64,000 bases of DNA from Clostridia bacterium (GCA_017631955.1 JAGBSJ010000005.1:18688-82687); one strand, 5' to 3'; shown: positions 36,759 through 49,762, numbered from the stretch's first letter. A program made the numbers and translations. The notes: generated from the sequence alone by a model not told the origin.

Positions 36759-39173
36759 TTATTTTTTAAGGGCTGATTTTGCGTTCCAGATGTTTGCGGC
36801 ATATTCGTTAATTGCACGGTCTGCTGCAAATCTGCCTGCACCTGAGATATTCATAAGAGACATCTTGTTCCAGTTGTCACGGTCAAGGAAGTCCTTAGAA
36901 ATTCTCTGTTGAGTTGCTCTATAATCTTCAAAGTCTGCAAGTGCCATATATGGGTCGTGGTGAATGATTGAAGCTGTTACTTCATGGAACATTTTACCAC
37001 CTATTCCGTTTGCATTTGCAAAATCAAGAATCTTGTGAAGCTCTGCGTTATTATTATAGAACATTGTTGGGTCATAACCACGCTTTTTAAGTTGTTCAAC
37101 TTCAGGTGTGCTCATACCGAAAATGTAGATGTTTTCGTTGCCAACTGCCTCATAAATTTCAACATTAGCACCGTCCATTGTACCAAGTGTAACTGCACCA
37201 TTAAGCATAAGTTTCATATTACCTGTACCTGATGCCTCTGTACCTGCAAGTGAAATCTGCTCTGAAATATCTGCCGCAGGCATAAGTTTTTCAGCAAGTG
37301 TAACATTGTAATCTTCAACATAAACAACTTTAAGGCGGCCTTTAACATCAGGGTCATTGTTGATTACATCAGCAAGTGCACAGATGAAAGAAATAATCTT
37401 CTTTGCCATAAAGTAGCCAGAAGCCGCTTTCGCACCGAAAATATATGTGTGAGGAATAAACTCACCATTTGGATTTTCTTTAATTGCAAGGTACTGTGAC
37501 AAAATGTTAAGAGCATTCAACTGCTGACGCTTATACTCGTGAAGACGCTTAACCTGAACATCAAAAATCGAATCAGGGTCAAGCACGATTCCGTTATGCT
37601 TAAGAACATACTTCGCAAATTCTTCTTTGTTTGCACGTTTGATTTTGCCAAGTTCGTCAAGTACTGTTTTGTCGTCTTTATACTTTCTTAAATCGAGAAG
37701 CGCGTCACCATTCTTAACAAATCCGTCTCCGATTGTTTCAGTAAGGAAATTTGTAAGTTTTGGGTTTGCCTGACAAAGCCATCTCCTATGAGCGATGCCG
37801 TTTGTAACGTTTGTGAATTTATCAGGTGTAAGTGAATAGAAATCAGAGAAAACTGTGTCTTTAAGAATTTCACTGTGAAGTGCAGAAACGCCGTTTACAT
37901 AGTGTGAGCCCGCAACACAAAGGTTAGCCATTCTTACAACACCGTTTGACATGATTGCCATGCGCTCAACTTTGTCAGCATCGTGAGTGCTTTCCCATAC
38001 ATAAGAACGGAAACGATTGTCGATTTCTTTTGTAATCTGCCAAAGACGTGGCATAAGACGCTTGTAAAGGTCTTCGGGCCAACATTCAAGGGCTTCTTTC
38101 ATAACTGTATGATTTGTATATGCAACTGTTTTTGTTACGATATTCCATGCTTCATCCCAACCATAACCACATTCATCAAGCATAATTCTCATAAGCTCAG
38201 GAATTGCCATTGTAGGGTGAGTATCATTAACATGAATTGCAACCTTATCTGCAAAGTTATCCATTGTACCAAATTCACGAAGGTGGTGTTGAACAATATC
38301 TTGAATTGATGCAGATACAAGGAAATACTGCTGACGAAGACGAAGTGATTTGCCTTCTGGGTGGTTATCTGCAGGGTAAAGAACTTTACTGATTACCTCT
38401 GCCATAGCGTTTCTTTCCATAGCGCGCATATAGTCGCCCTGATTGAAAAGAGCCATATCAAGACCAGGTGCTTTTGCAGACCAAAGACGAAGAACTGAAA
38501 CGCCTTTACCATCTTTACCTGCAACATGCATATCATAAGGCACTGCCTGAATTACTGTTGGATTTTCAATTTCAACGTGATGGTACTGATTTTCCCATAC
38601 ATCACGAACTTCGCCCTCAAAGTTAATGTTGATTGCACTTTCTTCGTGAGGAACAAGCCACACATCGCCACCAGGAAGCCAGAAATCAGGAAGTTCTGTC
38701 TGCCAACCGTCAACAAGCTTCTGTTTGAAGATACCGTATTCGTAAAGGATTGAATAACCCTTTGCCACATAACCTTGAGTTGCAAGGCCATCAAGGTAGC
38801 AAGCCGCAAGACGACCAAGACCGCCATTGCCAAGACCTGCATCTGGTTCACAATCATAAATTGAGTCCATTTTGATGCCGTAATCTTTCAAAACGCTTTC
38901 AAAAACTTTTGTAAGGTTTAAGTTGTAAAGGTTATTTTTAAGTGAGCGACCCATAAGGAATTCCATACAGAGATAATAAACTCTTTTTGTTCCTTTTTTA
39001 GAGCCCTCTTTTGAGAATTCTGCTCTGCCCTGACTCATCATATCACGGACAATAAGAGAAATTGCTTTATAGAATTGCTCATTTGTTGCATCACTAGGGT
39101 TAACGCCGATAAAATGAGAAAGTTTTGATTCAACAAGTTCTTTTGCTTGTTTCTTTGTAAGGGTATAATTCAT
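36759..39173 (-). CDS. glgP: Glycogen/alpha-glucan phosphorylase
   Basis: 804 aa; EPDAGLGNGGLGRLAAC and EASGTGNMKLMLNG (PLP-lysine motif). Confidence 0.95.
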   Translation of the reverse strand: MNYTLTKKQAKELVESKLSHFIGVNPSDATNEQFYKAISLIVRDMMSQGRAEFSKEGSKKGTKRVYYLCMEFLMGRSLKNNLYNLNLTKVFESVLKDYGIKMDSIYDCEPDAGLGNGGLGRLAACYLDGLATQGYVAKGYSILYEYGIFKQKLVDGWQTELPDFWLPGGDVWLVPHEESAININFEGEVRDVWENQYHHVEIENPTVIQAVPYDMHVAGKDGKGVSVLRLWSAKAPGLDMALFNQGDYMRAMERNAMAEVISKVLYPADNHPEGKSLRLRQQYFLVSASIQDIVQHHLREFGTMDNFADKVAIHVNDTHPTMAIPELMRIMLDECGYGWDEAWNIVTKTVAYTNHTVMKEALECWPEDLYKRLMPRLWQITKEIDNRFRSYVWESTHDADKVERMAIMSNGVVRMANLCVAGSHYVNGVSALHSEILKDTVFSDFYSLTPDKFTNVTNGIAHRRWLCQANPKLTNFLTETIGDGFVKNGDALLDLRKYKDDKTVLDELGKIKRANKEEFAKYVLKHNGIVLDPDSIFDVQVKRLHEYKRQQLNALNILSQYLAIKENPNGEFIPHTYIFGAKAASGYFMAKKIISFICALADVINNDPDVKGRLKVVYVEDYNVTLAEKLMPAADISEQISLAGTEASGTGNMKLMLNGAVTLGTMDGANVEIYEAVGNENIYIFGMSTPEVEQLKKRGYDPTMFYNNNAELHKILDFANANGIGGKMFHEVTASIIHHDPYMALADFEDYRATQQRISKDFLDRDNWNKMSLMNISGAGRFAADRAINEYAANIWNAKSALKK

Positions 39174-39294
39174 ACAAATCCTCCAAAAAAATTTATAAAA
39201 AACATTAAAAATTAAAGTCTGTTTGTATATTTTACACTAAAATACTGCATTTTTCAACTGTAATAAGCGATTTTTTAAAATTATTTTTTGGAAA

Positions 39295-39334
39295 CTAAAA
39301 AACACCACTGATTTTTATGAAAATCAATGGTGTT
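39295..39334 (-). terminator. Rho-independent terminator of the lipoprotein gene
   Basis: 15-bp stem (one mismatch) 39301-39315 with 39320-39334; the minus strand continues TTTTAG. Confidence 0.75.
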
Positions 39335-39347
39335 TTATTTATTTTAA

Positions 39348-40316
39348 TTATGCATTAGGAGAAATGTCGCCTGTCTGGTAGTTTTCGTAACCTGCATCTA
39401 CCCATACTACTGTAAACACATTTCCGTTTCTCTTATAGAAATTCTTTGTGCCTGCTGGCATTGATTTTGAATATTCAACAAAGCCCTTCCAATTGCCTTT
39501 ATTGTCAGTAACTGCACGAAGACCTGCTTCAATACCATTTGCCATATCTTCATCATACGCTTCAAGAGTTGCTTTAACTACACTCTTGTTTGAACCTGCT
39601 GTATAACCAACTTTAAAACCGGTGAGCCACCAGTGTGGTTGCTCCTCACGATAGAACAACATATTTTTCTCGTTGTAATCTTTTACTGTACGGTAATACT
39701 CAAAGCTCATATCCATAAGGTGGTCATTGTCTGCACAATCATAGAATTCAGATGTTGAGTTAGGGTCTTTTGTGTAAACACCCAATTCGGCACCTTCAAG
39801 AATGCCATACTGACCTTTCCACCATTGAAGACGCCAAAGAAGACCATCATAAGAAAAATCTGCCTTGAATGTAGTATATCTCATATTAACATAAGCAGCT
39901 GCTTCGTCATAAATGTCGCCAAAACCAAAGTGGCGCTGCCATGGGTTAAGTGTTGAGTAATAAACTTGCTGTGAAGCGTCATAAGCATAGCCCGCAGCAT
40001 CAAGAACTGCAAGCGCATCTGCCTGACTAAATGACTGACCTGATGTCTGTGGCAAAGTTGTATTTTGAGATGGTTTCTTTGTGGTTGATTCTGTTGAAGA
40101 CTGTGTTGTAGTAGTGGTTGTAGTTGTGCCTGTTGTTGATGGGTCATCCCAATCAACACCGTCAAAATCAACAATATCATCATCAACCGGTTTTTCAACA
40201 TCGCCTGGCTTTGTGATTTCAGGGTCGTTAGTGTTGTCGCCACAAGCAGTGAAACAACAAACCATCATAACAAGAGCCATCATAGCTGCTAATATTCTGA
40301 TAAGTGTAGATTTCAT
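39348..40316 (-). CDS. Lipoprotein with poly-Thr linker and DUF4474-like domain
   Basis: Start moved to the ATG at 40316 (RBS GGAGG). Signal and lipobox MKSTLIRILAAMMALVMMVCCFTAC, linker TGTTTTTTTTQSSTESTT, then YDASQQVYYSTLNPWQRHFGFGDIYDEAA...WRLQWWKGQYGILEGAELGVY. The DUF assignment is from memory. Confidence 0.6.
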   Translation of the reverse strand: MKSTLIRILAAMMALVMMVCCFTACGDNTNDPEITKPGDVEKPVDDDIVDFDGVDWDDPSTTGTTTTTTTTQSSTESTTKKPSQNTTLPQTSGQSFSQADALAVLDAAGYAYDASQQVYYSTLNPWQRHFGFGDIYDEAAAYVNMRYTTFKADFSYDGLLWRLQWWKGQYGILEGAELGVYTKDPNSTSEFYDCADNDHLMDMSFEYYRTVKDYNEKNMLFYREEQPHWWLTGFKVGYTAGSNKSVVKATLEAYDEDMANGIEAGLRAVTDNKGNWKGFVEYSKSMPAGTKNFYKRNGNVFTVVWVDAGYENYQTGDISPNA

Positions 40317-40489
40317 AAAAAATTTCCTCCACATAAAAATACAAATTGTCAAATTATTATCTCATAAAACTAGTTTAATGTCAACATTTTAAGAGGGTTG
40401 CTATCGTAATCTTTTTGTAATTGATTTTTTATATGCATTGTGATAATATATAAGGTAAATAATAATACGTATTATATGGAGTTAAAAAT

Positions 40490-41734
40490 ATGAATCTTAT
40501 TCGTGATATTTCACTTTATGAATCAGGTCAAAGAAAAATTGACTGGGTAAAGGCGCATATGCCTGTACTTCGTAGTATTGAAGCAGATTTTTCTGAGACA
40601 AAGCCATTTAAGGGACTAAAAGTTGCACTTTCAATTCACCTTGAAGCAAAAACCGCATACCTTTGCACAGTTCTTGCAGCAGGCGGTGCAGAAATGTATG
40701 TTACCGGCTCAAATCCGCTTTCAACTCAAGATGATGTTGCGGCGGCGCTCGCGCACAACGGTCTTAATGTTTTTGCCTGGTATAATGCAACAAGCGAAGA
40801 ATATATGACTCATCTTCGTGAGGTTATCAAGGCGGGTCCTGATGTAATTATTGATGACGGTGGCGACCTTGTAAATCTTATTCACAACGAATACCCCGAA
40901 TTTTTACCTAATGTTATGGGCGGTTGCGAAGAAACAACAACCGGTATTATTCGCCTTGTTTCAATGGCTAAAGACGGCGCCCTTAAATTCCCTATGATTG
41001 CAGTAAACAACGCAAAATGCAAATATCTTTTTGATAACCGTTACGGTACAGGTCAATCTGTATGGGATGGCATTAACCGCACAACAAACCTTATTGTTGC
41101 GGGCAAAAAAGTTGTAGTTGCGGGCTACGGTTGGTGCGGTAAAGGTGTTGCCATGAGAGCAAACGCTCTCGGTGCACAAGTTATTGTTACTGAAATTGAC
41201 CCTATTAAGGCAATGGAAGCTCGAATGGACGGCTTCTCTGTAATGGAAATGGTTGACGCGGCAAAAGAAGGTGACTTCTTCGTTACTGTTACAGGTTGTA
41301 AAGATGTTATTACAAAAAAATCTTTCGAAAATATGAAAGATGGTGCTATTTGTTGTAATGCGGGGCATTTTAATGTTGAAATCAATCTTCCAGACTTAGA
41401 AGAAATGGCGGTTGAAATCAAAGAGCAGAGAAACAACATTATGGGGTACACACTCCCTGACGGCAGAACAATCAGCGTAATCGCAGAAGGTCGCCTTGTA
41501 AACCTTGCCGCAGGTGATGGACATCCTGCCGAAATTATGGATATGAGTTTCTCAATTCAGGCACTTTGCGCGGAATATATTGTTAAAAATCATCAACGTT
41601 TAACTGCATCTGTTATTGATGTGCCTGAAGAAATTGATAAAAAAGTTGCACTTCGCAAACTCAACAGTTGGGGCACAGAAATTGACGTGCTTACTCCTGA
41701 ACAAGAAAAATATGTAAACAGTTGGAATGTATAA
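40490..41734 (+). CDS. ahcY: Adenosylhomocysteinase
   Basis: 414 aa; DDGGDL, GCEETTTG, VAGYGWCGKGVA (NAD site). Confidence 0.93.
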   Translation: MNLIRDISLYESGQRKIDWVKAHMPVLRSIEADFSETKPFKGLKVALSIHLEAKTAYLCTVLAAGGAEMYVTGSNPLSTQDDVAAALAHNGLNVFAWYNATSEEYMTHLREVIKAGPDVIIDDGGDLVNLIHNEYPEFLPNVMGGCEETTTGIIRLVSMAKDGALKFPMIAVNNAKCKYLFDNRYGTGQSVWDGINRTTNLIVAGKKVVVAGYGWCGKGVAMRANALGAQVIVTEIDPIKAMEARMDGFSVMEMVDAAKEGDFFVTVTGCKDVITKKSFENMKDGAICCNAGHFNVEINLPDLEEMAVEIKEQRNNIMGYTLPDGRTISVIAEGRLVNLAAGDGHPAEIMDMSFSIQALCAEYIVKNHQRLTASVIDVPEEIDKKVALRKLNSWGTEIDVLTPEQEKYVNSWNV

Positions 41735-41736
41735 AA

Positions 41737-42669
41737 ATGAGTAATAATTATTTCAGATATACAAATCAGGTTTGCCCTGTTTGTAACAAGGATTTTTCTA
41801 CAGATGATGATATTGTTGTGTGTCCTTTGTGTGGCACTCCGCATCACCGCGATTGCTATAAACAAAATGGTGAATGTGGAAACTATGACAAACACAACGA
41901 GGGTTTTCGTTGGAGTCCCGCAGAAACATTAATAACAGAAACTCCTACAGAAGCAAAAACCGAAACACAAGAAAATCCTGTTTTCGATGAACAGAATATT
42001 CCTATTCCGCCACTTTTCGGCGCGGGGGTAAATAATCCTCTTTCACAATTTCCGAAACAGATAGAAGAAGATATTGAAACCGCAGAGGTTGCAGATTTTG
42101 TACAGATAAATGCGATAAAATATATTCAGAATTTCTTTAGCGGGAAAGTGAACAAGAAATCATTTAACTGGGCAGCTTTTTTCTTTACTCCGTACTGGTT
42201 TTTCTACAGAAAAATGCATAAACTTGGTGCAATTTTCTTGGCAATAACACTTTTGTTGTCAATTGGATTCAGTTTTATTCCGTCCGTGCAGAAACTATAT
42301 ACAGATATGGCAGAATGGACATCAAAATATAATGTTGAAGAAATCAACGAGCTTTCAGAAGAAGAACTTGCTTCGGCTTACGAAGAACAGAAAACTTTTA
42401 TTCTTGAAAACAAAACAGGTGCCGTACTTGTTTTCACACAAGGTGTATTATCTTTTGCGCTTCAGATTTTTGTTGGATTTAAAGCAAACAAGTGGTACTA
42501 TAATCACACAACAAACAATATAAGAAAAATAAAAAAAGAATCAACCGACCCAAATCAGTTACGACTTTTGTATTTCAAGACAGGCGGTTGTTCAATGGGC
42601 GCTACATTCCTTGCAATTCTTGCAAACAATATGATTGTTATGGCGGCAGAAATGCTGATGACACTATAA
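41737..42669 (+). CDS. Zinc-ribbon / DUF2628-type membrane protein
   Basis: CPVCNKDF...CPLCGTPHHRDC, then FNWAAFFFTPYWFFYRKMHKLG and TM helices. The ATG lies 2 nt after the ahcY stop. Confidence 0.6.
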   Translation: MSNNYFRYTNQVCPVCNKDFSTDDDIVVCPLCGTPHHRDCYKQNGECGNYDKHNEGFRWSPAETLITETPTEAKTETQENPVFDEQNIPIPPLFGAGVNNPLSQFPKQIEEDIETAEVADFVQINAIKYIQNFFSGKVNKKSFNWAAFFFTPYWFFYRKMHKLGAIFLAITLLLSIGFSFIPSVQKLYTDMAEWTSKYNVEEINELSEEELASAYEEQKTFILENKTGAVLVFTQGVLSFALQIFVGFKANKWYYNHTTNNIRKIKKESTDPNQLRLLYFKTGGCSMGATFLAILANNMIVMAAEMLMTL

Positions 42670-42698
42670 AATAATTTCTCATTAAGGAGATTGGTATT

Positions 42699-43574
42699 AT
42701 GAAAATTACAAAGGCGATTATTCCTGCGGCAGGTCTTGGCACAAGGGTTTTACCTGCATCAAAGGCAGTTCCAAAAGAAATGCTTAACATTGTTGATAAA
42801 CCCGCAATTCAGTATCTTGTTGAAGAAGCGGCAAAGTCAGGCATTACCGACGTACTTATCATCACAAACCGTGGCAAAGGCGTAATTGAAGACCATTTTG
42901 ACCACGCTTATGAGCTTGAAGATAAATTAAGCAAAAATCCTGACAAGAAAGACCTTTATGAGTCTGTTCTTGAACCATCTCAACTTTGCAATACATATTT
43001 TCTTCGTCAGAAAGAAACAGGTGGGCTTGGTCACGCCGTTCTTTGTGCAAAGAACTTTGTGGGTAACGAGCCATTTGCTATTCTTTATGGTGACGATGTT
43101 TTCATTTCTGATAAAGAGCCAGTTACAAAACAACTTATTGATGCTTATGAAAAATATGGCAAGGGCGTTGTTGGTGTTAAAGAAGTTCCAACAAAAGATG
43201 TTTCAAAATACTGTTCACTTAAAGTTGAAGAAATTGAAGACAAGGTTTTCAACTGTACTGATATGATTGAAAAGCCAAAGCCGGAAGAAATTTTCTCAAA
43301 CTATTCAATTCTCGGTCGTGTTGTTATGCCACCTGAAATTTTTGACATTCTTGAAAGCACACCAAAGGGCGCAGGTAATGAGCTTCAGCTTACAGACGCT
43401 ATGAAAACCCTTGCACAGACAAAAGGTGTTATTGCTCTTGATTATTATGGCACACGCTATGATATGGGCAACAAAATGGGTATTATGAAAGCAAACTGCG
43501 AAGTTGCTCTTAACCACCCAGAAATCGCAGAAGATTTCAAAGCATATATCAAAGAATTGGCAAAGAATTTATAA
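42699..43574 (+). CDS. galU: UTP--glucose-1-phosphate uridylyltransferase
   Basis: KAIIPAAGLGTRVLPASKAVPKEML and VEKP-like IEKPKPEE. Confidence 0.93.
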   Translation: MKITKAIIPAAGLGTRVLPASKAVPKEMLNIVDKPAIQYLVEEAAKSGITDVLIITNRGKGVIEDHFDHAYELEDKLSKNPDKKDLYESVLEPSQLCNTYFLRQKETGGLGHAVLCAKNFVGNEPFAILYGDDVFISDKEPVTKQLIDAYEKYGKGVVGVKEVPTKDVSKYCSLKVEEIEDKVFNCTDMIEKPKPEEIFSNYSILGRVVMPPEIFDILESTPKGAGNELQLTDAMKTLAQTKGVIALDYYGTRYDMGNKMGIMKANCEVALNHPEIAEDFKAYIKELAKNL

Positions 43575-43588
43575 TTGAGCATAAAATT

Positions 43589-43610
43589 AAGGCGGTCGTT
43601 TGACCGCCTT
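43589..43610. terminator. Bidirectional terminator (galU and dapL converge)
   Basis: AAGGCGGTC gttt GACCGCCTT followed by TTATTTT. Confidence 0.85.
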
Positions 43611-43619
43611 TTATTTTAC

Positions 43620-44837
43620 TTATTTGCAAAAGTAATTTTTAATTCTTTCTACTGCTTTAATTGTGTTTTCTGTTGAGCCGAATGCTGTGAGACGGAAGTA
43701 ACCCTCACCACTTGGACCAAAGCCCTCGCCCGGAGTACCAACAACCTGAATGTTTTCAAGAAGTGTGTCAAAGAAATCCCAGCTGCTCATTCCGTCAGGA
43801 GTTTTGAGCCATACATAAGGAGAATTCACTGCGCCGTAAACTGTGAAACCGCAATCTTTAAGTCCGTTGTAAATAATCTTTGCATTGTTCTGATAATATG
43901 CAATGATTTCACGAATTTGCTTTTTGCCCTCTTCACTATAACAAGCTTCTGCTGCTCTTTGTGTAATATAAGAAACACCGTTGAACTTTGTTGCTTGACG
44001 ACGAGCCCAGAGAGCGTTAAGTTCAACACCGTCAACCTTAATGTCGTGCGGCACTACTGTATAACCGCAACGAACACCTGTGAATCCTGCTGTCTTTGAG
44101 AAACTTCTAAACTCGATTGCGCAACTCTTTGCACCCTCGATTTCATAGATTGAATGTGGAACATCATCTTCAGTAATAAATGCTTCATAAGCAGAGTCAA
44201 AAAGGATTACTGCGCCATTTTCATTTGCATAGTCAACCCACTTTTTAAGTTCATCTCTTGTTGCTGCCATACCTGTTGGGTTGTTAGGGAAGCAAAGATA
44301 AATAATATCAACTTTTTCTTTTGGGAGTTCAGGTAAAAAGTTGTTTTCTGCAAGGCAAGGCATATAATAAATATTTGTCCAGCCATTTTCTGTCTTGTCG
44401 CCTGAACGACCACTCATAACGTTTGTGTCAACATAAACTGGGTAAACAGGGTCGCAAACCGCAACTTTATTGTCAGTTGAGAAAATGTCGCCAATATTAC
44501 CGCAGTCGCTCTTTGCACCATCTGACACAAAAATTTCGCTGTTATCAAGATTTACACCATATTTTTTGTAATCGTTATCGTTAATTGCATTGAGAAGCCA
44601 TTCGTGACCATATTCTGGTGGATAACCCATAAATGTTTTTTCATCTGCCATTTCGTCAACCGCTTTGTGCATTGCAGTAATACAAGCATCTGCAAGCGGA
44701 CGGGTAACGTCACCGATACCAAGACGAATAATTTGTTTGTCAGGGTTAGCAGCAGTATATGCCTTTACCTTTTTCGCAATATTTGAGAAAAGGTATGAAC
44801 TCTGAATTTTTAAGAAGTTTTCATTTATTTTCATCAT
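43620..44837 (-). CDS. dapL: LL-diaminopimelate aminotransferase
   Basis: 405 aa class I aminotransferase. The N-terminus [22 protein letters not shown] and [15 protein letters not shown] are typical of DapL. Adjacent to dapF. Confidence 0.85.
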   Translation of the reverse strand: MMKINENFLKIQSSYLFSNIAKKVKAYTAANPDKQIIRLGIGDVTRPLADACITAMHKAVDEMADEKTFMGYPPEYGHEWLLNAINDNDYKKYGVNLDNSEIFVSDGAKSDCGNIGDIFSTDNKVAVCDPVYPVYVDTNVMSGRSGDKTENGWTNIYYMPCLAENNFLPELPKEKVDIIYLCFPNNPTGMAATRDELKKWVDYANENGAVILFDSAYEAFITEDDVPHSIYEIEGAKSCAIEFRSFSKTAGFTGVRCGYTVVPHDIKVDGVELNALWARRQATKFNGVSYITQRAAEACYSEEGKKQIREIIAYYQNNAKIIYNGLKDCGFTVYGAVNSPYVWLKTPDGMSSWDFFDTLLENIQVVGTPGEGFGPSGEGYFRLTAFGSTENTIKAVERIKNYFCK

Positions 44838-44858
44838 TATTCCTCCAATAATGGATTT

Positions 44859-45686
44859 TTATATTTCACCGCGGAACACTTCAACTGCATTTCCGCTTAA
44901 ATAAACATTGTTATTGTTATGCCATTTAACTGTTAAAACTCCGCCTTTTGCATGGATTTTTATGTCTTTATTTCTTTCACAAAATCCGTTGACTACTGAC
45001 GCCACCGCGACGGCACAAGCACCTGTACCACAAGCAAGAGTTTCGCCACTACCACGCTCCCACACTCGCATTTTAAGGTTACCTTTATCGATAATCTCTA
45101 CAAATTCTGTGTTTATTCTTTCAGGAAACATTTCGTGGCTTTCAAAAAGTGGGCCTTGTTTTTCTAAATCTAATTTATCTATATCTTCGCGAAAAACTAC
45201 ACAATGTGGGTTGCCCATACTCACACAAGTTATTTCGAAATCTTTATTTTCTATGTTAATGATTTTGTTTTTTACAATACTGTCGCCGTATCGTGTAGGG
45301 ATTTGCCGACCATTAAAAATTGGCTTTCCCATATTCACTTTTCCGCCAACAACAATTCCGTTTTCAGTATAAATTTCAACAAGTTTTATACCACTTAAGG
45401 TATCAATTTTAATAACCGGCTTTTTCTTTTTATTGTCGTATATGTATTTCGCAACACAACGAATTGCATTACCACACATTTTTGCCCTTGAGCCGTCTGC
45501 ATTATAAATGTCCATAAAGCAATCGGCAACATTTGATGGTTTTATAAGAACAATTCCATCTGCACCAACTGAAAAATGTCTATCACTCAAAATTTTTGAC
45601 AATTCTGTTGGATTTTCAACATTTTCTGTGAAGCAGTCAATGTAAATATAGTCATTTCCTGCTCCGTGCATTTTAATAAATTTCAT
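44859..45686 (-). CDS. dapF: Diaminopimelate epimerase
   Basis: KMHGAGNDYIYID, MCGNAIRC, ACGTGACA (two catalytic Cys). Confidence 0.93.
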   Translation of the reverse strand: MKFIKMHGAGNDYIYIDCFTENVENPTELSKILSDRHFSVGADGIVLIKPSNVADCFMDIYNADGSRAKMCGNAIRCVAKYIYDNKKKKPVIKIDTLSGIKLVEIYTENGIVVGGKVNMGKPIFNGRQIPTRYGDSIVKNKIINIENKDFEITCVSMGNPHCVVFREDIDKLDLEKQGPLFESHEMFPERINTEFVEIIDKGNLKMRVWERGSGETLACGTGACAVAVASVVNGFCERNKDIKIHAKGGVLTVKWHNNNNVYLSGNAVEVFRGEI

Positions 45687-45694
45687 TATAAATC

Positions 45695-45729
45695 CCCCAC
45701 TGCATTTTTATAAATTCTATGCAGTGGGG
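45695..45729 (-). other. 11-bp intergenic stem-loop between glyA and dapF (possible attenuator or processing site)
   Basis: CCCCACTGCAT with ATGCAGTGGGG, 13-nt loop. The U-tract on the coding (minus) strand is weak (GAUUUAUA). Confidence 0.4.
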
Positions 45730-45740
45730 TTTTAGTTTTA

Positions 45741-46994
45741 TTATTCGTATAATGGGTATTTTTTGCAGATGTCACTTACACCGTTTTTGATGTATTCTTT
45801 CTGATTTTCAAAATCAGTAGCACAAAGATAAATAAATTCTGCAATCTTGTCCATATCTTCTACACCCAAACCTCTTGTTGTAACTGCAGGTGTACCAAGA
45901 CGAACACCGCTTGTTACAAATGGCTTTTCGGGGTCATTTGGAATTGCGTTTTTATTAGCAGTAATATGAACTTCGTCAAGACGATGTTCAAGTTCTTTAC
46001 CTGTAATACCAACTGAACGAAGGTCAACAAGCATAAGATGGTTATCTGTACCGCCTGAAACAAGGTTAATACCACGCTTTGTAAGGCCTTCTGCCAAGGC
46101 CTTTGCATTATCAATAACTCTCTGCTGGTAATTCTTGAAGTCATCACTTAATGCTTCACCAAAGCAAACTGCTTTACCTGCGATAATATGCATTAAAGGA
46201 CCACCCTGTGTACCTGGGAAGATTGCTTTATTAAACTGCATACCAAATTCTTCGTCTTTGCAAAGAATAATACCGCCACGAGGACCGCGAAGAGTCTTAT
46301 GTGTTGTTGATGTAACAACATCTGCATAAGGCACTGGAGATGGATGAAGACCTGCCGCAACAAGACCTGCAATATGAGCCATATCAACCATAAAGTAAGC
46401 GCCAACGCTATGAGCAATATTTGCCATTCTTTCAAAGTCGATTGTTCTTGGATATGCAGATGCACCTGCTACGATAAGCTTTGGTTTGCATTCTTTTGCT
46501 TTCTGCTCAAATGCTTCATAATCAAGAAAACCGTCTTCATTAACACCATAAGGCACGAAGTTGTAGTATTTACCTGACATATTTACAGGAGAGCCGTGTG
46601 TTAAGTGTCCGCCCTCTGCAAGATTCATGCCCATAACTGTATCGCCCGGATTAATAAGAGCAAAATAAACTGCCATATTTGCCTGAGCGCCTGAGTGTGG
46701 CTGAACGTTTGCATAAGCTGCACCGAAAAGTTTCTTAAGACGGTCGCGAGCAATATCTTCAACAATGTCAACATGCTGACATCCGCCATAATAACGTTTG
46801 CCCGGATAACCTTCTGCATACTTATTTGTAAGCACGCTACCCATAGCCGCCATTACTGCAGGAGAAACAATGTTTTCACTTGCAATAAGTTCAATATTTT
46901 CACGTTGTCTTTTAAGTTCAAGACCCATAGCAGCTGCTACTTCAGGGTCAGTATTGTTAATAAATCCGATTGAGTCGATTAAATTAGCAAACAT
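45741..46994 (-). CDS. glyA: Serine hydroxymethyltransferase
   Basis: [25 protein letters not shown] (PLP lysine). Confidence 0.96.
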   Translation of the reverse strand: MFANLIDSIGFINNTDPEVAAAMGLELKRQRENIELIASENIVSPAVMAAMGSVLTNKYAEGYPGKRYYGGCQHVDIVEDIARDRLKKLFGAAYANVQPHSGAQANMAVYFALINPGDTVMGMNLAEGGHLTHGSPVNMSGKYYNFVPYGVNEDGFLDYEAFEQKAKECKPKLIVAGASAYPRTIDFERMANIAHSVGAYFMVDMAHIAGLVAAGLHPSPVPYADVVTSTTHKTLRGPRGGIILCKDEEFGMQFNKAIFPGTQGGPLMHIIAGKAVCFGEALSDDFKNYQQRVIDNAKALAEGLTKRGINLVSGGTDNHLMLVDLRSVGITGKELEHRLDEVHITANKNAIPNDPEKPFVTSGVRLGTPAVTTRGLGVEDMDKIAEFIYLCATDFENQKEYIKNGVSDICKKYPLYE

Positions 46995-47012
46995 ATTTTC
47001 AAAATCCTTAAA

Positions 47013-48476
<1,464 letters not shown>

Positions 48477-48518
48477 TTATATCTCCTTCACTTTTATAAT
48501 CGTTTTATCCGTCAAGAT

Positions 48519-49727
48519 TTATTCAGCTGGGAAGAATGCCTTGTGGATTGCACTAACTGCACGGTCTGCGTCTTCAAGGTCAATAAGAACTGAAATCTTG
48601 ATTTCACTTGTTGCAATCATATCAATGTTGATATCTCTTTCATAGAGTGCTTCAAACATTTTTGATGCAGTACCAGGATGAGATTCCATACCTGCGCCAA
48701 CGATTGAAATTTTAGCAACTGATGTATCGCAGATGATATTTTCATCTTCAATATCAAACAAATTCTTTATACATTCAACTGTTTCTTCAGCGTTGCTCTT
48801 AGAAACTGTAAATGTAATGTCTTTTGTGCTGTCACGACCGATTGACTGTAAAATGATGTCAACATTAATCTTGTGTTTTGCAAGAACGTCGAAAAGTTTG
48901 AAAGCAACACCTGGTGTGTTTGGGATTTTTGTAACTGAAATACGTGCTACGTCTGTATCTTTTGTAACACCTCTGATAAGCATTTTTTCCATTTTGGTAA
49001 CCTCCTTAACGATTGTACCGGGAACTCTCTTAAGACTTGAGAGAACTTCTAACTCAACATTATACTTTTTAGCCATTTCTACTGAACGATTGTTTAATAC
49101 CTGTGCACCAAGAGTTGCAAGTTCAAGCATTTCGTCATAAGTGATTTCTTGAAGTTTCTTTGCATTTTCTACTTTTCTTGGGTCTGCGGTATAAACGCCC
49201 TCAACGTCTGTGAAAATCTGGCAACGGTCTGCACGAAGAGCCGCCGCAATAGCAACCGCACTTGTATCTGAACCGCCACGACCGAGAGTTGTAAGGTCGT
49301 CATATTTGTTAAGGCCTTGGAAACCTGCCACAACAACAATGTTATGACGGTCAATTTCTGAACGAAGACGGTCAGTTTTAACATTCTTGATACGAGCTGT
49401 ACCGTAAGCAGAACTTGTGTTAAAACCTGCCTGCCAACCAAGAAGAGAAACTGCAGGACAACCTAACTTTTCACAAGCCATAGCAAGAAGCGCGATTGAA
49501 ATCTGTTCACCTGATGCCATAAGCATATCCATTTCTCTTTTTGATGGTTTTGAATTGATTTCGTATGCCTTTTCAATCAAATCATCTGTTGTGTCGCCTT
49601 GTGCTGATACTACAACTACCACGTCATTACCTGCACGGTAAGTATCAGTAACAATCTGGGCAACATTCATTACTCTTTCGGCGTCACGAACACTTGAACC
49701 ACCGAATTTCTGAACTATAAGTCCCAT
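48519..49727 (-). CDS. lysC: Aspartate kinase (with C-terminal ACT domains)
   Basis: IVQKFGGSSV, GRGGSDTSAVAIAAAL. Confidence 0.92.
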   Translation of the reverse strand: MGLIVQKFGGSSVRDAERVMNVAQIVTDTYRAGNDVVVVVSAQGDTTDDLIEKAYEINSKPSKREMDMLMASGEQISIALLAMACEKLGCPAVSLLGWQAGFNTSSAYGTARIKNVKTDRLRSEIDRHNIVVVAGFQGLNKYDDLTTLGRGGSDTSAVAIAAALRADRCQIFTDVEGVYTADPRKVENAKKLQEITYDEMLELATLGAQVLNNRSVEMAKKYNVELEVLSSLKRVPGTIVKEVTKMEKMLIRGVTKDTDVARISVTKIPNTPGVAFKLFDVLAKHKINVDIILQSIGRDSTKDITFTVSKSNAEETVECIKNLFDIEDENIICDTSVAKISIVGAGMESHPGTASKMFEALYERDINIDMIATSEIKISVLIDLEDADRAVSAIHKAFFPAE

Positions 49728-49762
49728 ATATTGCCTCCTAAATGGAATAAATACTATTTTAA

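Noticed and set aside
36728-43610. Two bidirectional terminators share the 12-nt core GGTCGTTTGACC (36734-36745 and 43594-43605); considered as another repeat family.
   Set aside because: The shared part is just a short GC stem with the same GTTT loop. The flanks differ, and both are fully explained as ordinary terminators between convergent genes.
45695-45729. Hairpin followed by TTTTAGTTTTATT on the plus strand, considered as a plus-strand terminator.
   Set aside because: No plus-strand gene or promoter lies upstream. It sits between two minus-strand genes and is kept only as a possible attenuator or processing stem.
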